A stretch of DNA of 64,000 bases from Thainema sp. (GCA_052168235.1 JBQLZK010000011.1:30910-94909); one strand, 5' to 3'; shown: positions 1 to 10,392, counted from the stretch's first letter. The notes: generated by a model from the letters alone, not told the origin. Translations and numbers: made by a program.

Positions 1-991
1 GCAATTGAGTTTCGGAAAATGACTCTAAGAGTAGAGTTTTGATCATTACCGTCAAAGGTAGAGCTAAAAAGGCACCAATGGGACCTAAAATCCAAGCCCA
101 AAATACCACTGCTAGAAAAGTCGCAATGGTGGAAAGATCAAGCCCTTTACCCAGATAGCGGGGAGCAATGGCAATGTCAAAAAAGTTGTTGACCAAAGTA
201 TAGCCAGCAGCAAACAGCAGGGCCTTGCCAAAACCCAGTGTGAGTAAGGCAATCAGCGTGGGAGGAATTAGCGCAATGTAAAAGCCTATATTGGGTATGA
301 AATTGAATAGAAAGGAAAAAACGCCCCAGAGCACAGCAAAATCAACACCCAAAACCCACATCAGAATAATCTGTAAAAGAGCGGTGATTGCACCTAACCA
401 GCTCTTAATTAATAGGTAGGTGCTGATGCTGCTGGAGAAGTGGCTAAGCCGTACCAACATGGGACGATCGGCAGCTAGTCCGTGACGCAGGCGATCCGAA
501 AAATTGGCAGCACTGGCCAGCATGTAAATAAAAATCAGCAGGGTAAACCCCACATTAGACACAGTATTGAGTAAAGCTGAAATAAAAGAAATCAAGACTT
601 GAAAAATACGCCCTGGTTGAAACCACTCCAAATCTCGAATATCTTGGGCCTGAACGCCGATGCTATCTAGCCACTCGATAAGCCCCGTCAGCTGGTCATC
701 GATTAGGTTGCGGTAGGCAGGCAACTCTGCCGACAACTGAGAAAGAGATGCCGCCAGAAAGAAGATAAACACCAAGCCGACAGCAATTACTCCCAGTAGA
801 ACCAAGGTATAAGACAACCAGCCAGGTACCCTACGGGCTTTGAGCCACTGCATCAGTGGGCTGGTTACCATCACCACAAACAGGGACAGCAAAATAGGAC
901 TGAGCAGGCTTGAAATTGCTCTCATCCCGGCCACAATCAGAACCAGGCTGGCGAGGCTGACTAATAGCGGTGTAATATTACGTTTTTCCAT
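1..991 (-). CDS. AI-2E family (YhhT/PerM-like) transporter, 3' end outside window
   Basis: Not in ORF track. Manual translation from ATG at 991: MEKRNITPLLVSLASLVLIVAGMRAISSLLSPILLSLF...LWGVFSFLFNFIPNIGFYIA...WAWILGPIGAFLALPLTV; same frame at the window edge; multi-TM AI-2E motifs. Confidence 0.88.
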   Translation of the reverse strand, partial: MEKRNITPLLVSLASLVLIVAGMRAISSLLSPILLSLFVVMVTSPLMQWLKARRVPGWLSYTLVLLGVIAVGLVFIFFLAASLSQLSAELPAYRNLIDDQLTGLIEWLDSIGVQAQDIRDLEWFQPGRIFQVLISFISALLNTVSNVGFTLLIFIYMLASAANFSDRLRHGLAADRPMLVRLSHFSSSISTYLLIKSWLGAITALLQIILMWVLGVDFAVLWGVFSFLFNFIPNIGFYIALIPPTLIALLTLGFGKALLFAAGYTLVNNFFDIAIAPRYLGKGLDLSTIATFLAVVFWAWILGPIGAFLALPLTVMIKTLLLESFSETQL

Positions 992-1015
992 GACGATCAC
1001 CGTCCCCTGAATTCA

Positions 1016-1440
1016 CTAGATTTGCCCGTAATCGTTTCGGTTCTCAGTTCCATTGGGGCCGTTCTTCATTAAGGTGGCGGCTGTACGGGCAACTCGTGCT
1101 TGGGTTTGCACCATATAGGGACCACGCAGTCTACGGGTTGCGGCCAGCAGGAAAACTGATCCCATCAGAAAATCAAAGCTAGCGACGATGAGTAGGGCTT
1201 GTATCCAACTGTGGGTGAGGGTTTGGAGGAACAAAATGGAGATCACATGAAACAGCAGCCCAAAAAACGCCATGAGTCCCCCACCAATGGCGAGCAAAAT
1301 CACGCCACTGGTGAGGCGTTTCTTTTCCATGCCGCTTCCCGCATGGCAATGTCCAGATGTACATCGACCAGTACAGTAGCAATGCGAATCAAGCGATCGG
1401 TATAGCTTTGGAACAAGCCAAACACTTCACTAACGACCAC
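1016..1440 (-). pseudogene. Holin-X/YqjE-like membrane protein with a frameshift near 1330
   Basis: GGAGG RBS then GTG at 1440 gives VVVSEVFGLFQSYTDRLIRIATVLVDVHLDIAMREA; the continuation EKKRLTSGVILLAIGGG (two TM helices) is in another frame (track ORF 1016..1330). Confidence 0.65.
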
Positions 1441-1576
1441 GGCTGCCTCCAAATAACAAGCCCAGACCAAGACCAATGCCGAACGCCGTTAATAGGCTGT
1501 TTCCTACGTTGTTCTGAACCTTTTTAATTCCGGCAATATGTCTTTCTTGGATTGTTCAACGTAGTAGCGCGGTTCA
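1430..1576 (-). pseudogene. C-terminal remnant of a DUF883/YqjD-like tail-anchored protein
   Basis: Minus-strand frame KKVQNNVGNSLLTAFGIGLGLGLLFGGSRGR* with an in-frame stop just upstream; no start; lies directly upstream of the holin-X-like gene as in yqjD-yqjE pairs. Confidence 0.5.
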
Positions 1577-2020
1577 TCATGTCTCAGCTGTTTCTTCGTC
1601 TAAGGGTGCCACGGTGATACTGTCGGCTACCATGCGTGCGTCAATCGCTTCTAAAACGGCAACCTCAGCCTCTTCGGCAGCGGCAGCGGCGAAGAGGAGG
1701 GCTGCTAACGCATATTCCTCCGCTCTATCGGCGCGCTTCAACAGTTTTTCCTGCTCTTTTTGCTCTTTCCATTCGGCAATGTCAGCCTCCATCTCTACCT
1801 TTTTGGTTTCTAACCGTTGAGCTAGAGTTTCTTTCGCCGCCATTACCTCATCTTTTTTCGCGTCTACCTTCGCCCTAGCTTCTAGGAGTTTTGCCTTGAT
1901 TGTACTCTCTGCATCTTTGGAAGCCGTTGTCAGTTTATCTTTGAGTTGCTTCAGATGCGCCTCAATCCCATTCAGTCGCTGGTTCAAATCGTTGGTGAAC
2001 TGATCAATTTTTTGACTCAT
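1577..2020 (-). CDS. Coiled-coil hypothetical protein (147 aa)
   Basis: Ala/Glu/Lys-rich helical ORF; GAGG upstream of ATG. Confidence 0.75.
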   Translation of the reverse strand: MSQKIDQFTNDLNQRLNGIEAHLKQLKDKLTTASKDAESTIKAKLLEARAKVDAKKDEVMAAKETLAQRLETKKVEMEADIAEWKEQKEQEKLLKRADRAEEYALAALLFAAAAAEEAEVAVLEAIDARMVADSITVAPLDEETAET

Positions 2021-2094
2021 TGAAACCTCATTGTGAGTTGAAATTGGAACGTGATAAAGCTAGATTCGCCCGTTTGAATTTGAGCACAAACTCT

Positions 2095-2646
2095 TTAAGC
2101 GACGCTTGCCAATTTGCCCTTAAACTGGCTCATGAACAGGTCATAGTAAAACCCTCTTTTTTGCATCAATTTATCATGAGACCCGATTTCGATAATTTCG
2201 CCCGCCTTGAGTACGAGAATGCGATCGGCATTGCGAATCGTACTGAGTCGGTGAGCAATCACAAAACTGGTGCGTTCCTGCATCAGGCGATCAAGGGCTT
2301 CCTGAATTTTTTGTTCGGTGCGGGTGTCTACGTTGCTGGTGGCTTCATCCAGAATGACCATGCGGGGATTTTGCACCATCATGCGGGCGATGGTCAGAAG
2401 TTGTCGCTGACCCTGGCTCAAGTTGCTGCCGCGCTCTGTGAGCAGGGTGTCGTAGCCGTGGGGTAACCGCAAGATGAAGTCATGAGCATTGGCTTGTTTA
2501 GCAGCTTCAATGCAATCTTGCTCGGTGGCATCCAACCGGGCATAGCGGAGATTATTCGTGGCGATCGCCAGTAACCCCTGAGACACCCAAAAGGGCCGCT
2601 CATAGCCTTTGTAAATCGTGATAAATCGCCTGACATTCGGCAACAT
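2095..2646 (-). pseudogene. Internally deleted ABC exporter: short N-terminus fused to the C-terminal half of an ATPase domain
   Basis: Signature LSQGQRQ, Walker B ILDEATS and H-loop IAHRLST present; Walker A and TM domain absent. Confidence 0.8.
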
Positions 2647-2676
2647 AAGCGATGCTCCCCTGAAAAACTCCGCAAT

Positions 2677-3534
2677 CTATGCAGATTTATTGTTGGTGCT
2701 AAACCGGAACCAGATGATGAAAGCCGCGAGAATGAGGGCGATCGCCACCATCAAAAACATTTGGGTAACACCCGTTGTAAAAGCCGCTTGATAGTTGCCC
2801 ACCAATCCTTCCAATTGCTCAACGGGAATGGCGAATTGAGAAGCAATAGAAGGGGCATCGCTGCTCAGAACCTTTTTTAATAAATCCGTGGCTTGGTTGA
2901 TTTGTTGTTCATTTAATCCGGCGGCATGCAGTTCGCCGAAGTAATAATTCCGTCCAAATGTTGTGACCAAAGCAACCGTGACCGCGATCCCCATCGCATT
3001 GCCAATTTGTGCGATCGCATTATTCGTTTCAGAGGCGACTCCGGCTAACGCAGGCGGTGCAGAACTCAGTAGCGAATTCATTCGGGGAACGTTCGCAATA
3101 CTGTATCCTGCACCAAACAGCAGCATGGGCAGCAGCACTGTCCAGGTGGATAAGGTAGGGCTAACGAGCCGAGAAAAAAGAAAAAGCGCCAGAGCGCGAA
3201 TATACGCTAATAGTTCCGGCTGCTGGATGGGTTTCTCTACGCAGGCATCTGCTCCAGCTTCTAGAGCTTGGACGCGATCGCGACTAGTAGAGGTATCAAT
3301 CATGGGCAAAATTAGTACGGGGTTACCCACATCGCGTAGACGGTGGCACAGGCTGATGTCATCTAGCTTGGGCAATGTGGCCTCTAGCAATACTAAATCG
3401 TACATAAATGCCTGGAGTAATTCCCAAGCTTCTTTGCCGTCATCCGCTGGATCGATAATGAGATGATGGCGAGACAAATCCTGATGAAGGATGTTTTGCA
3501 GCGACTGATTTGGGGAAACGAGCAGAATTCTCAT
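2677..3534 (-). pseudogene. Chimera: response-regulator receiver domain fused in frame to the C-terminal part of a DHA2-type MFS transporter
   Basis: aa 1-~114 receiver-like (MRILLV...ALEAGADACVEKP...IRALA), followed by MFS TM segments (GAGYSIANVPRMNSLL...NNAIAQIGNAMGIAV). Confidence 0.75.
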
Positions 3535-3738
3535 GGCCCAACATTTTTTGGTTCGCTAGAGGATATTTTTAAAGATACACGCATTTTTTACCTTTGCATG
3601 TATGGTTACTGTTGAGAAAATAGGTAAATAGCTATAGACAAATACCCTGCTTGCCGCCGAATTAGAACAGAGGGAATTGACAAGCGGAGATCGTCTAGAA
3701 AGGAAAGGTCTTACCTGGTTTCTTAATTTTTTAGATAA

Positions 3739-3828
3739 TAGACTTTATTGGAAATAAAGTTTTTGGGATTGGAAATTGTTTTGTAGCGCGGCGGAGCCGC
3801 GCTACAAAACAATTTCCGATAAAATTTA
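3739..3828. repeat. 90-bp palindromic dispersed repeat, copy 1 (hairpin 3771-3817)
   Basis: GGAAATTGTTTTGTAGCGCGGC-GGA-GCCGCGCTACAAAACAATTTCC; near-identical copy at 43327-43416. Confidence 0.85.
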
Positions 3829-3859
3829 ATAAAAAAGTTGTGCCTGGAGGTACAACAGG

Positions 3860-6778
3860 ATGACTTTCCACGGCATTAACAACGGCCATACTAACCTCTG
3901 GAGCCTTTCCCAGAATGATGTCTACGCAGCGCTCCGGACATCACCATCAGGACTCAGTCAGGCTGAAGCCCGCCAGCGCTTAGCTCAGGACGGCCCCAAT
4001 GAACTGCCTGAGCCTCCCAGTCGTCTTTTGATATTGCGCTTGGCGGATCAGCTTACCCATTTTATGGCTCTGCTCCTGTGGGTTGCAGGTATTTTGGCCT
4101 TCATTTCCCATACAGCAGCTTTGGGCTGGGCGATTTGGGCGGTCATTTTGATCAATGGGCTGTTTAGCTTTTGGCAGGAATACCAGGCCGAACAAGCCTT
4201 AGCCGCCCTGAAGCAAATGCTGCCAGTGCAGGTGCGGGTAAAACGAGAGGGCCAGCTGATCACTCTGTCTGCCCGCGAACTGGTGCGAGGGGATGTGATG
4301 GTGCTGGAGGAAGGCGATCGCATCTCCGCCGATGCCCGCTTGGTGGAAGGAGAAGAGCTGATGATGGATGTCTCTGTGCTGACTGGGGAATCTCTGCCCG
4401 TTGCCCGGAACCCTCATCCCGTCAGGCCTCGCCGCATGGCTACCATTCGTAATGCGGACACCGTTCTCTCCCACGGTGAAACTCCTCTCCAAGAGCGGGT
4501 CAGTCCCATAGAGGTGGCTAACCTGCTACTGGCCGGATCTAGCGTGGCGGCGGGTCGCGGCGTCGCGGTTGTCTACGCCACCGGAGCCCAAACCGAGTTT
4601 GGCCATGTGGCTCACTTAACCACAGTGGTGAAACGAGAGCCTAGCACCCTGGAGGTGCAGGTCGCTCAGATTGTCCGATTGATTACTGCGATCGCAGTTA
4701 CGATGGGCCTCACGGTTTTTCTGCTGAGCTACTGGTTGATCGGCCTGGAACTGCAAGAAAGCTTCATTTTTGGCATCGGCATCATTGTTGCCAACGTGCC
4801 GGAAGGGTTACTGCCCATCGTCACCCTTTCCCTGGCCTTAGGGGTACAGCGTATGGCTCAGCGCCAAGCTCTGGTGCGGCGGCTGTCGTCGGTGGAAGCC
4901 CTCAGCGCCACAACCGTTATTTGCACCGACAAGACTGGCACCCTGACTAAAAACGAAATGACCGTCAAAGCCCTCTGGCTGCCGGGATTACCAAATCCTA
5001 GCAGCACAGCTGAGGAACCCTCAGTGGTAGACGTGACCGGAGTTGGCTACGATCCCACGACAGGAGCCATCTGTTTTCCCGAAGCTGAGGCTTTACAGCA
5101 TCAGGTGCAGCTGCTTCTGGCTGGATTAGCACTCTGCTCCAACGCTCGTCTAGTCCATCTGGAAGGCCCCAGCCGCTGGGAAGAAATTGGTGACCCTACC
5201 GAAGCCGCGTTGGTGGTGGCTGCCATCAAAGGAGGGCTGCACATGGAGCAACTGCTACTGCAAAACCCCCGTCAGCGGGAAGTGCCTTTCGATTCTCGGC
5301 GTCGCTTAATGACCGTTGTGCTGGACTGGGCTTTACCCAGTCTCGGCGTGGAAACTGCTCCCTACTTGAGCTTCACCAAAGGTGCTCCCCTGGAGGTGCT
5401 ACGCCACTGCCAAAGTATTCTAGACCAGGGACAGGTGCAGCCCTTTACCGCCATTGAACGGCAGCAGGTCATTACCATAAATGACACGCTAGCCCGTCAG
5501 GGATATCGCGTGTTAGGGTTGGCGGCAAGGCAGGGAGGTGAAGATTTGCTCAACCTGCGATCGCAAGATCTAGAACACCACCTCACCTTTATTGGCTTGG
5601 TGGCAATGTACGACCCGCCCCGTCCAGAAGTGCCGGATGCCGTGTCAGCCTGCCATTCAGCAGGCATTGCTATCACCATGGTGACTGGCGACTATGGCCT
5701 CACCGCAGAAGCCATTGCCCACCAAATTGGTCTGGTACAGGGCAAAGCTCGGGTAGTCACAGGCGACGGGATGACTCACTTGTCCGATGCTCAACTCAGG
5801 CAAATTCTCAAATACCGCCACAACCTGGTGTTTGCCCGTATGGCTCCGGAACACAAGCTGCGCCTGGTAAAAACCTACAAAGACCTAGGCCACATCGTTG
5901 CAGTAACGGGCGACGGAGTGAATGATGCGCCCGCCCTGCGAGCAGCTAATATCGGCGTGGCCATGGGCCTCAACGGTACGGATGTGGCCCGAGAGGCCGC
6001 CGACATTGTGCTGATGGATGACAACTTTGCCACCATTGTTGTCGCCATTGAGCAGGGGCGAGCCGTCTACCAAAACATTCGCAAGTTTATGACCTACATC
6101 CTGGCTTCTAACGTACCGGAGATTGTCCCCTTCCTGGCCATGGTGGTGTTCAAGATTCCCCCGGCTCTCACGATCATGCAGATTCTCGCCATTGATCTGG
6201 GTACCGACATGATACCGGCGCTTTCCCTGGGAGCCGAACCACCGGAACCGGGACTGATGCGCCAGCCGCCCCGCGATCGCAACACGCCGCTCCTGAATCG
6301 AGGCTTACTGGCTCGGGCCTATGGCTTTTTAGGGGTGATTGAAGCGACCGCTGCCATGGTGGCTTTTGGGGCGGTATGGCAAGCCGCAGGCTATGGGTTT
6401 CCTGCCCTACAAGCGATTACTTCGCCCATTTTGACGGAGCGAGCCAGCCCTGAAGTGATGGAGATATTCCGCCAGGCCACCACCGCCACCCTGGTTGTCA
6501 TTGTGGCCAGTCAGGTGGGTAATCTGTTTGCCTGTCGTTCAGAGTGGCGGTCGGCCTTTCGTCTGGGGCGACGGTTTAACCCCTTAATTGTGGTGGGTTT
6601 GGTGACCGAATGGGCTCTGGTGTTGGCCTTGCTGTATATTCCCGCTTTACAACGGATCTTTTCAACAACTCCGTTAGTTGGTTGGCAATGGGCCATGATC
6701 GCCACATGGCCTCTGGTGCTACTAGGGGCTGAGGAACTGCGTAAACAATGGTTTAAGCACCACGGCCAAACATCCTAA
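3860..6778 (+). CDS. Cation-transporting P-type ATPase (type II, Ca2+/Na+/K+-like)
   Basis: TGES, VPEGL, DKTGTLT, KGAP, DPPR, TGD, GDGVNDAPAL motifs; GGAGG RBS. Confidence 0.96.
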   Translation: MTFHGINNGHTNLWSLSQNDVYAALRTSPSGLSQAEARQRLAQDGPNELPEPPSRLLILRLADQLTHFMALLLWVAGILAFISHTAALGWAIWAVILINGLFSFWQEYQAEQALAALKQMLPVQVRVKREGQLITLSARELVRGDVMVLEEGDRISADARLVEGEELMMDVSVLTGESLPVARNPHPVRPRRMATIRNADTVLSHGETPLQERVSPIEVANLLLAGSSVAAGRGVAVVYATGAQTEFGHVAHLTTVVKREPSTLEVQVAQIVRLITAIAVTMGLTVFLLSYWLIGLELQESFIFGIGIIVANVPEGLLPIVTLSLALGVQRMAQRQALVRRLSSVEALSATTVICTDKTGTLTKNEMTVKALWLPGLPNPSSTAEEPSVVDVTGVGYDPTTGAICFPEAEALQHQVQLLLAGLALCSNARLVHLEGPSRWEEIGDPTEAALVVAAIKGGLHMEQLLLQNPRQREVPFDSRRRLMTVVLDWALPSLGVETAPYLSFTKGAPLEVLRHCQSILDQGQVQPFTAIERQQVITINDTLARQGYRVLGLAARQGGEDLLNLRSQDLEHHLTFIGLVAMYDPPRPEVPDAVSACHSAGIAITMVTGDYGLTAEAIAHQIGLVQGKARVVTGDGMTHLSDAQLRQILKYRHNLVFARMAPEHKLRLVKTYKDLGHIVAVTGDGVNDAPALRAANIGVAMGLNGTDVAREAADIVLMDDNFATIVVAIEQGRAVYQNIRKFMTYILASNVPEIVPFLAMVVFKIPPALTIMQILAIDLGTDMIPALSLGAEPPEPGLMRQPPRDRNTPLLNRGLLARAYGFLGVIEATAAMVAFGAVWQAAGYGFPALQAITSPILTERASPEVMEIFRQATTATLVVIVASQVGNLFACRSEWRSAFRLGRRFNPLIVVGLVTEWALVLALLYIPALQRIFSTTPLVGWQWAMIATWPLVLLGAEELRKQWFKHHGQTS

Positions 6779-6829
6779 TCCACTCCTCAGCGCTGACCTC
6801 ATCTGTAGTACTGGCTTACAGAACTGGAA

Positions 6830-8926
6830 TTAAGCAATATCAGACAGCCGATATGCTCGCCGAATTTGCTGCTTTGGAATCCTTTCTGATTGCTTGCGAT
6901 CGGTCACGTCGAGAATGGTGCCGAAAAAACTGTACGGCTGGCGTGCTGCTCCTTCCCCCTGAAACTGCACTAGGCCATTGGCTAATATCCAATGCTCTGT
7001 ACCATCAGCCCACACAATTCGACACTCTACAGCGTATTGGCCGGACGAGGCCGGATCGAGAGCCGATTGAATTGCGATCGCAACTTGCTCCCGGTCATCA
7101 GGGTGAATCCGCTCCATCATTGTAGACAGCGGCAGCGTCGTTGTCTCTGCTGACTCACCCCAAATCTCCCGCATCCGCTCATCCAGTACAACCCATTCAG
7201 TGCGCGGATCGTACTGCCAGGTGCCCAGCTGGCCAACTTGGATGGCGAGTCGAGCCTGCGCTTCGCTGTGCTGCAAAGCTTCCTCAGCCCGTTTGCGATC
7301 GCTAATGTCAAACACCGTCCCCACCAGCCGATGGATTTGGCCACCCTGATCGCGAATCGGGGAGAGGGTGGTAATTGTCCAAACGTCGTGCTGATCTAGC
7401 GTAAAGCGTTCTTCGTAGGTAAGGCTGCTGCCCGCATCCACACACCGTTGGTAATTTTGACGAAAATCACCGCCAATGCTGTCGCCAAAGACCGCTTCCG
7501 GAGTCTGGTTTTGAATCTCCTCCAGGCTTAAACCGGAGATTTCCAATGCTGCCCGATTAAAGTCTACATAGTGAAAATTCCCCGCTGCCGTCACATCAAC
7601 GACAAAAATGGGTTGGGCTGCCCCATGATAAATGCTGCTTAAAAACGCCTCTCGCTGGTGTAGGGTTGCTGTCCGTTCAATCACCCGCTGCTCCAGTTCG
7701 TCACGCGCCGCTTGCAGCTGCTGCTCCATCCGTTTGCGATCGCGAATATCGCGCAGCAGCCATCGCAGCCCAGTCACCTGTTGCTGATCATCCAGCATCA
7801 GAGTTACTGAAATCAAAACCGGAACGAAATCCTGCTGAGCCGCGTGAATCATGACCTCCCAGTTCTGGGGCCAGCGATGTTGCTTCAAATAGGCGCAAAA
7901 ACTGCGGCGATCAGCGGGATGAATAAAATTCTCCAGCGGTCGGTTCGTTAGCTCACTGGCTGCCATCCCTAGCATCGTAACGGCAGCCTGATTTGCCGCT
8001 TGAATCCTACCGCTGCGATCGGTCACTAAATAGCCGTCGGGCGCAAACTCAAATAGGTCTTGGTAGCGATGTCGCTCTTGTTCCAGCTCACGGCGAGTCG
8101 CCTGCAATTCCTTATTTTGGACACGCAGTTGCTCGCTGGTCATTTGTAATTCTTCCAGCGTTTGGCGCAGTTGCTCATTCACTGACGTCAGCTCGGCTAC
8201 CTGTGGCAGGCTGGGCTGCTTCTCGACTTGGTTGGCCAAATGATCCGAAAAGAGTGGATTAACGCGATATCCCACCCCATGCACCGTTTGAATAAAGGCT
8301 TTGGGAGCACCCGCTGCTTTTAGCTTTTGCCTCAGTTCTTTAATGTGATAGCGCACAACCTCGTCGCCCGGTGCGTCCGCTGAATCCCACACCCGGTCAA
8401 TGATGTCCGCTGCACTCAGAGCCATTTGGGAGTTGCGCAGCAACAGCTCCAAAATGGCGTACTCCTTGGGTGTTGGAGATAGCAAATGAACGCCATAGGT
8501 GACCCGCCGACTGCCGGGATCAACCGATAGTGCGCCCCAGGACAGTATCGGTTGGACATTCGCGCTATGCCGCCGCAGCAGTGCCTGTATCCGCGCCATC
8601 AGTTCTTCGGTATCAAAGGGCTTTGATACATAATCATCGGCTCCCACATTGAGCGCCGCCGCTTTTTGGGAGCTTTTGCAGTTTTGCCCGGTCAAAAGCA
8701 GGACAGGCATTTCCAGCCCTTGTTCGCGGAGTCTTTGACACAGGCTCAGGCCGTCCATTCCCGGCAGCGCAATATCCAATATCGCTAGGTCATAGGCAAA
8801 GGCTTCTGACATTTGTAGTCCTGTTTCGGCATCTGCAGCGATGTCAACAGCATAGTGATAATGGGAGAGCAAATGCTGTAAAGATTGGGCGACACCCAAT
8901 TCATCTTCAACGACTAGAACTTTCAT
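6830..8926 (-). CDS. OmpR-type receiver + winged helix + three PAS domains; C-terminally truncated (no kinase or output domain)
   Basis: MKVLVVEDE..ILDIALPGMDG..KPF; wHTH (HIKELRQKL..IQTVHGVGY); PAS/PAC repeats (DIRDRK, DISDRK, DVTDRK); ends shortly after the last PAC. Confidence 0.85.
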   Translation of the reverse strand: MKVLVVEDELGVAQSLQHLLSHYHYAVDIAADAETGLQMSEAFAYDLAILDIALPGMDGLSLCQRLREQGLEMPVLLLTGQNCKSSQKAAALNVGADDYVSKPFDTEELMARIQALLRRHSANVQPILSWGALSVDPGSRRVTYGVHLLSPTPKEYAILELLLRNSQMALSAADIIDRVWDSADAPGDEVVRYHIKELRQKLKAAGAPKAFIQTVHGVGYRVNPLFSDHLANQVEKQPSLPQVAELTSVNEQLRQTLEELQMTSEQLRVQNKELQATRRELEQERHRYQDLFEFAPDGYLVTDRSGRIQAANQAAVTMLGMAASELTNRPLENFIHPADRRSFCAYLKQHRWPQNWEVMIHAAQQDFVPVLISVTLMLDDQQQVTGLRWLLRDIRDRKRMEQQLQAARDELEQRVIERTATLHQREAFLSSIYHGAAQPIFVVDVTAAGNFHYVDFNRAALEISGLSLEEIQNQTPEAVFGDSIGGDFRQNYQRCVDAGSSLTYEERFTLDQHDVWTITTLSPIRDQGGQIHRLVGTVFDISDRKRAEEALQHSEAQARLAIQVGQLGTWQYDPRTEWVVLDERMREIWGESAETTTLPLSTMMERIHPDDREQVAIAIQSALDPASSGQYAVECRIVWADGTEHWILANGLVQFQGEGAARQPYSFFGTILDVTDRKQSERIPKQQIRRAYRLSDIA

Positions 8927-9444
8927 GGTTTGTTCAGCACATCGGCGTATAGCGTTGCTTCCGATACTGTAATTTCGACTAGAAGCTTGACTGGCAAATA
9001 GTCGAAATAAAAAATGTGCGATCGCACAGTCTGAATATCCTCATATCTTGCACTTAAACCCAGAAGAATTAATTGTGCGACTAATTGCAGCAGCACGACA
9101 GCTTTGAGTTTTTACTTAGAAAAATGCAGGATACAAGTTACTATCATTTCAACCCTATTTAGGTAATAGTATTCAGGCCATGATGGAGAGAAACTACAGC
9201 AATCAGGACTCATCAATCACCATAAATAGAGCTTCGCATTAGCAAAGATCTATTCAACATAGGCAACTTCAGTATTTTTTAGACGCTCAACTAAACCAAA
9301 TCAACAAGATTGAACCTGCCCTACCCAAAAATCGGCAGGAATTTTGACTCACTCACATTTTCCAACAGCTTTTACTTCGTGAAACGGACAGGTAACCAAT
9401 TGAAACAATCACCATGTTGCCGCCATGTCGCAACGGCAACAATA

Positions 9445-9535
9445 TTGTCCTAAGTACAGCAATCTTTAGAGCTGAGTTCTCAACGCACACTACGGCAATG
9501 CCGTGTCCCTACGGATAGATCTGTACCTAGGACAA
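9445..9535. mobile_element. MITE-like element, 91 bp
   Basis: Terminal inverted repeats TTGTCCTAAGTACAG / CTGTACCTAGGACAA (14/15 match) enclosing a partial REP palindrome ACGGCAATGCCGTGTCCCTAC. Confidence 0.55.
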
Positions 9536-9930
9536 AATATAAACAAGCATAAATAATCTTCATTCAACTTTACACAAAGCAACCAAACCTAAAGGAATTG
9601 CATTGGCTCAATCAGTATTAGTGCCGCGAATTTTGGATCGTGAAAATCATCAAATTACGCCTAAAAAGGTGATTTATCGTCATTAGACAATGGCATAACT
9701 CCTTTTTAGAGTTCGAGTATGAGATGCAAATCCAGCAGTTTAAGCATTTAGTGCTAGTCAAGAAATTTTAAATTTCCCTTAACTCACATCTTCCTCACAC
9801 ACAGATCCTTAAAGTTGTTTTCATAATTAAACCTTTCGCAAAACTGCTCCAAGAACCGCTCAAAAGAAAGGTGTCTAGTTGGCATCCTTCCTGACATTGC
9901 CCCCCTTATCAATATCAGTGGATTTTAACA

Positions 9931-10236
9931 ATGCGATCTAATACATATACAAATCGGTACGCCCAAAGCAGCGAAAACAAAGTGATGAACCCTGATCAAT
10001 TTGAACGGGTCATGACGGCTATTGTTGAGGGTCGATATTCGTGGGCTTGCGTTCTGATCCTCCAGTTTGCTGGATACAATCCTGCCCACTATCTTCCTTA
10101 TCGAACCTATAAAAGATTAATTAAAAGTAATCGTACAGCATCCAGGCCTGAGAACACTGTGACAAAGACCATTTCTAGCAATCGGATGGACTTGAACACA
10201 TCATCTCCTAACTTGAGCCAAGCTCCCATCTCATAG
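9931..10236 (+). CDS. HetP-family protein
   Basis: Family motif MNPDQFERVMTAIVEGRYSWACVLILQFAGYNPAHYLPYRTYKRLIK. Confidence 0.9.
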   Translation: MRSNTYTNRYAQSSENKVMNPDQFERVMTAIVEGRYSWACVLILQFAGYNPAHYLPYRTYKRLIKSNRTASRPENTVTKTISSNRMDLNTSSPNLSQAPIS

Positions 10237-10276
10237 GTACAGGTTTTACATAAGTAGCTGCATAAAAGTAAATGTA

Positions 10277-10331
10277 TATCTAAAACCCGAGGAACCACCT
10301 CGGAGGGGTACTCCCCCGGGTTTTTAGATGC
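10277..10331. terminator. Stem-loop between the convergent hetP-like and ydcF-like genes
   Basis: ATCTAAAACCCG...CGGGTTTTTAGAT imperfect inverted repeat. Confidence 0.5.
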
Positions 10332-10392
10332 ATTTATTTATACCAACCCACTTAATACCCACAACCTGCATCAAGAATAGAATGATGGATGA

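Noticed and set aside
1016..1440. Prophage signal from a holin-like gene
   Set aside because: Holin-X/YqjE proteins are common chromosomal membrane proteins; no phage genes nearby
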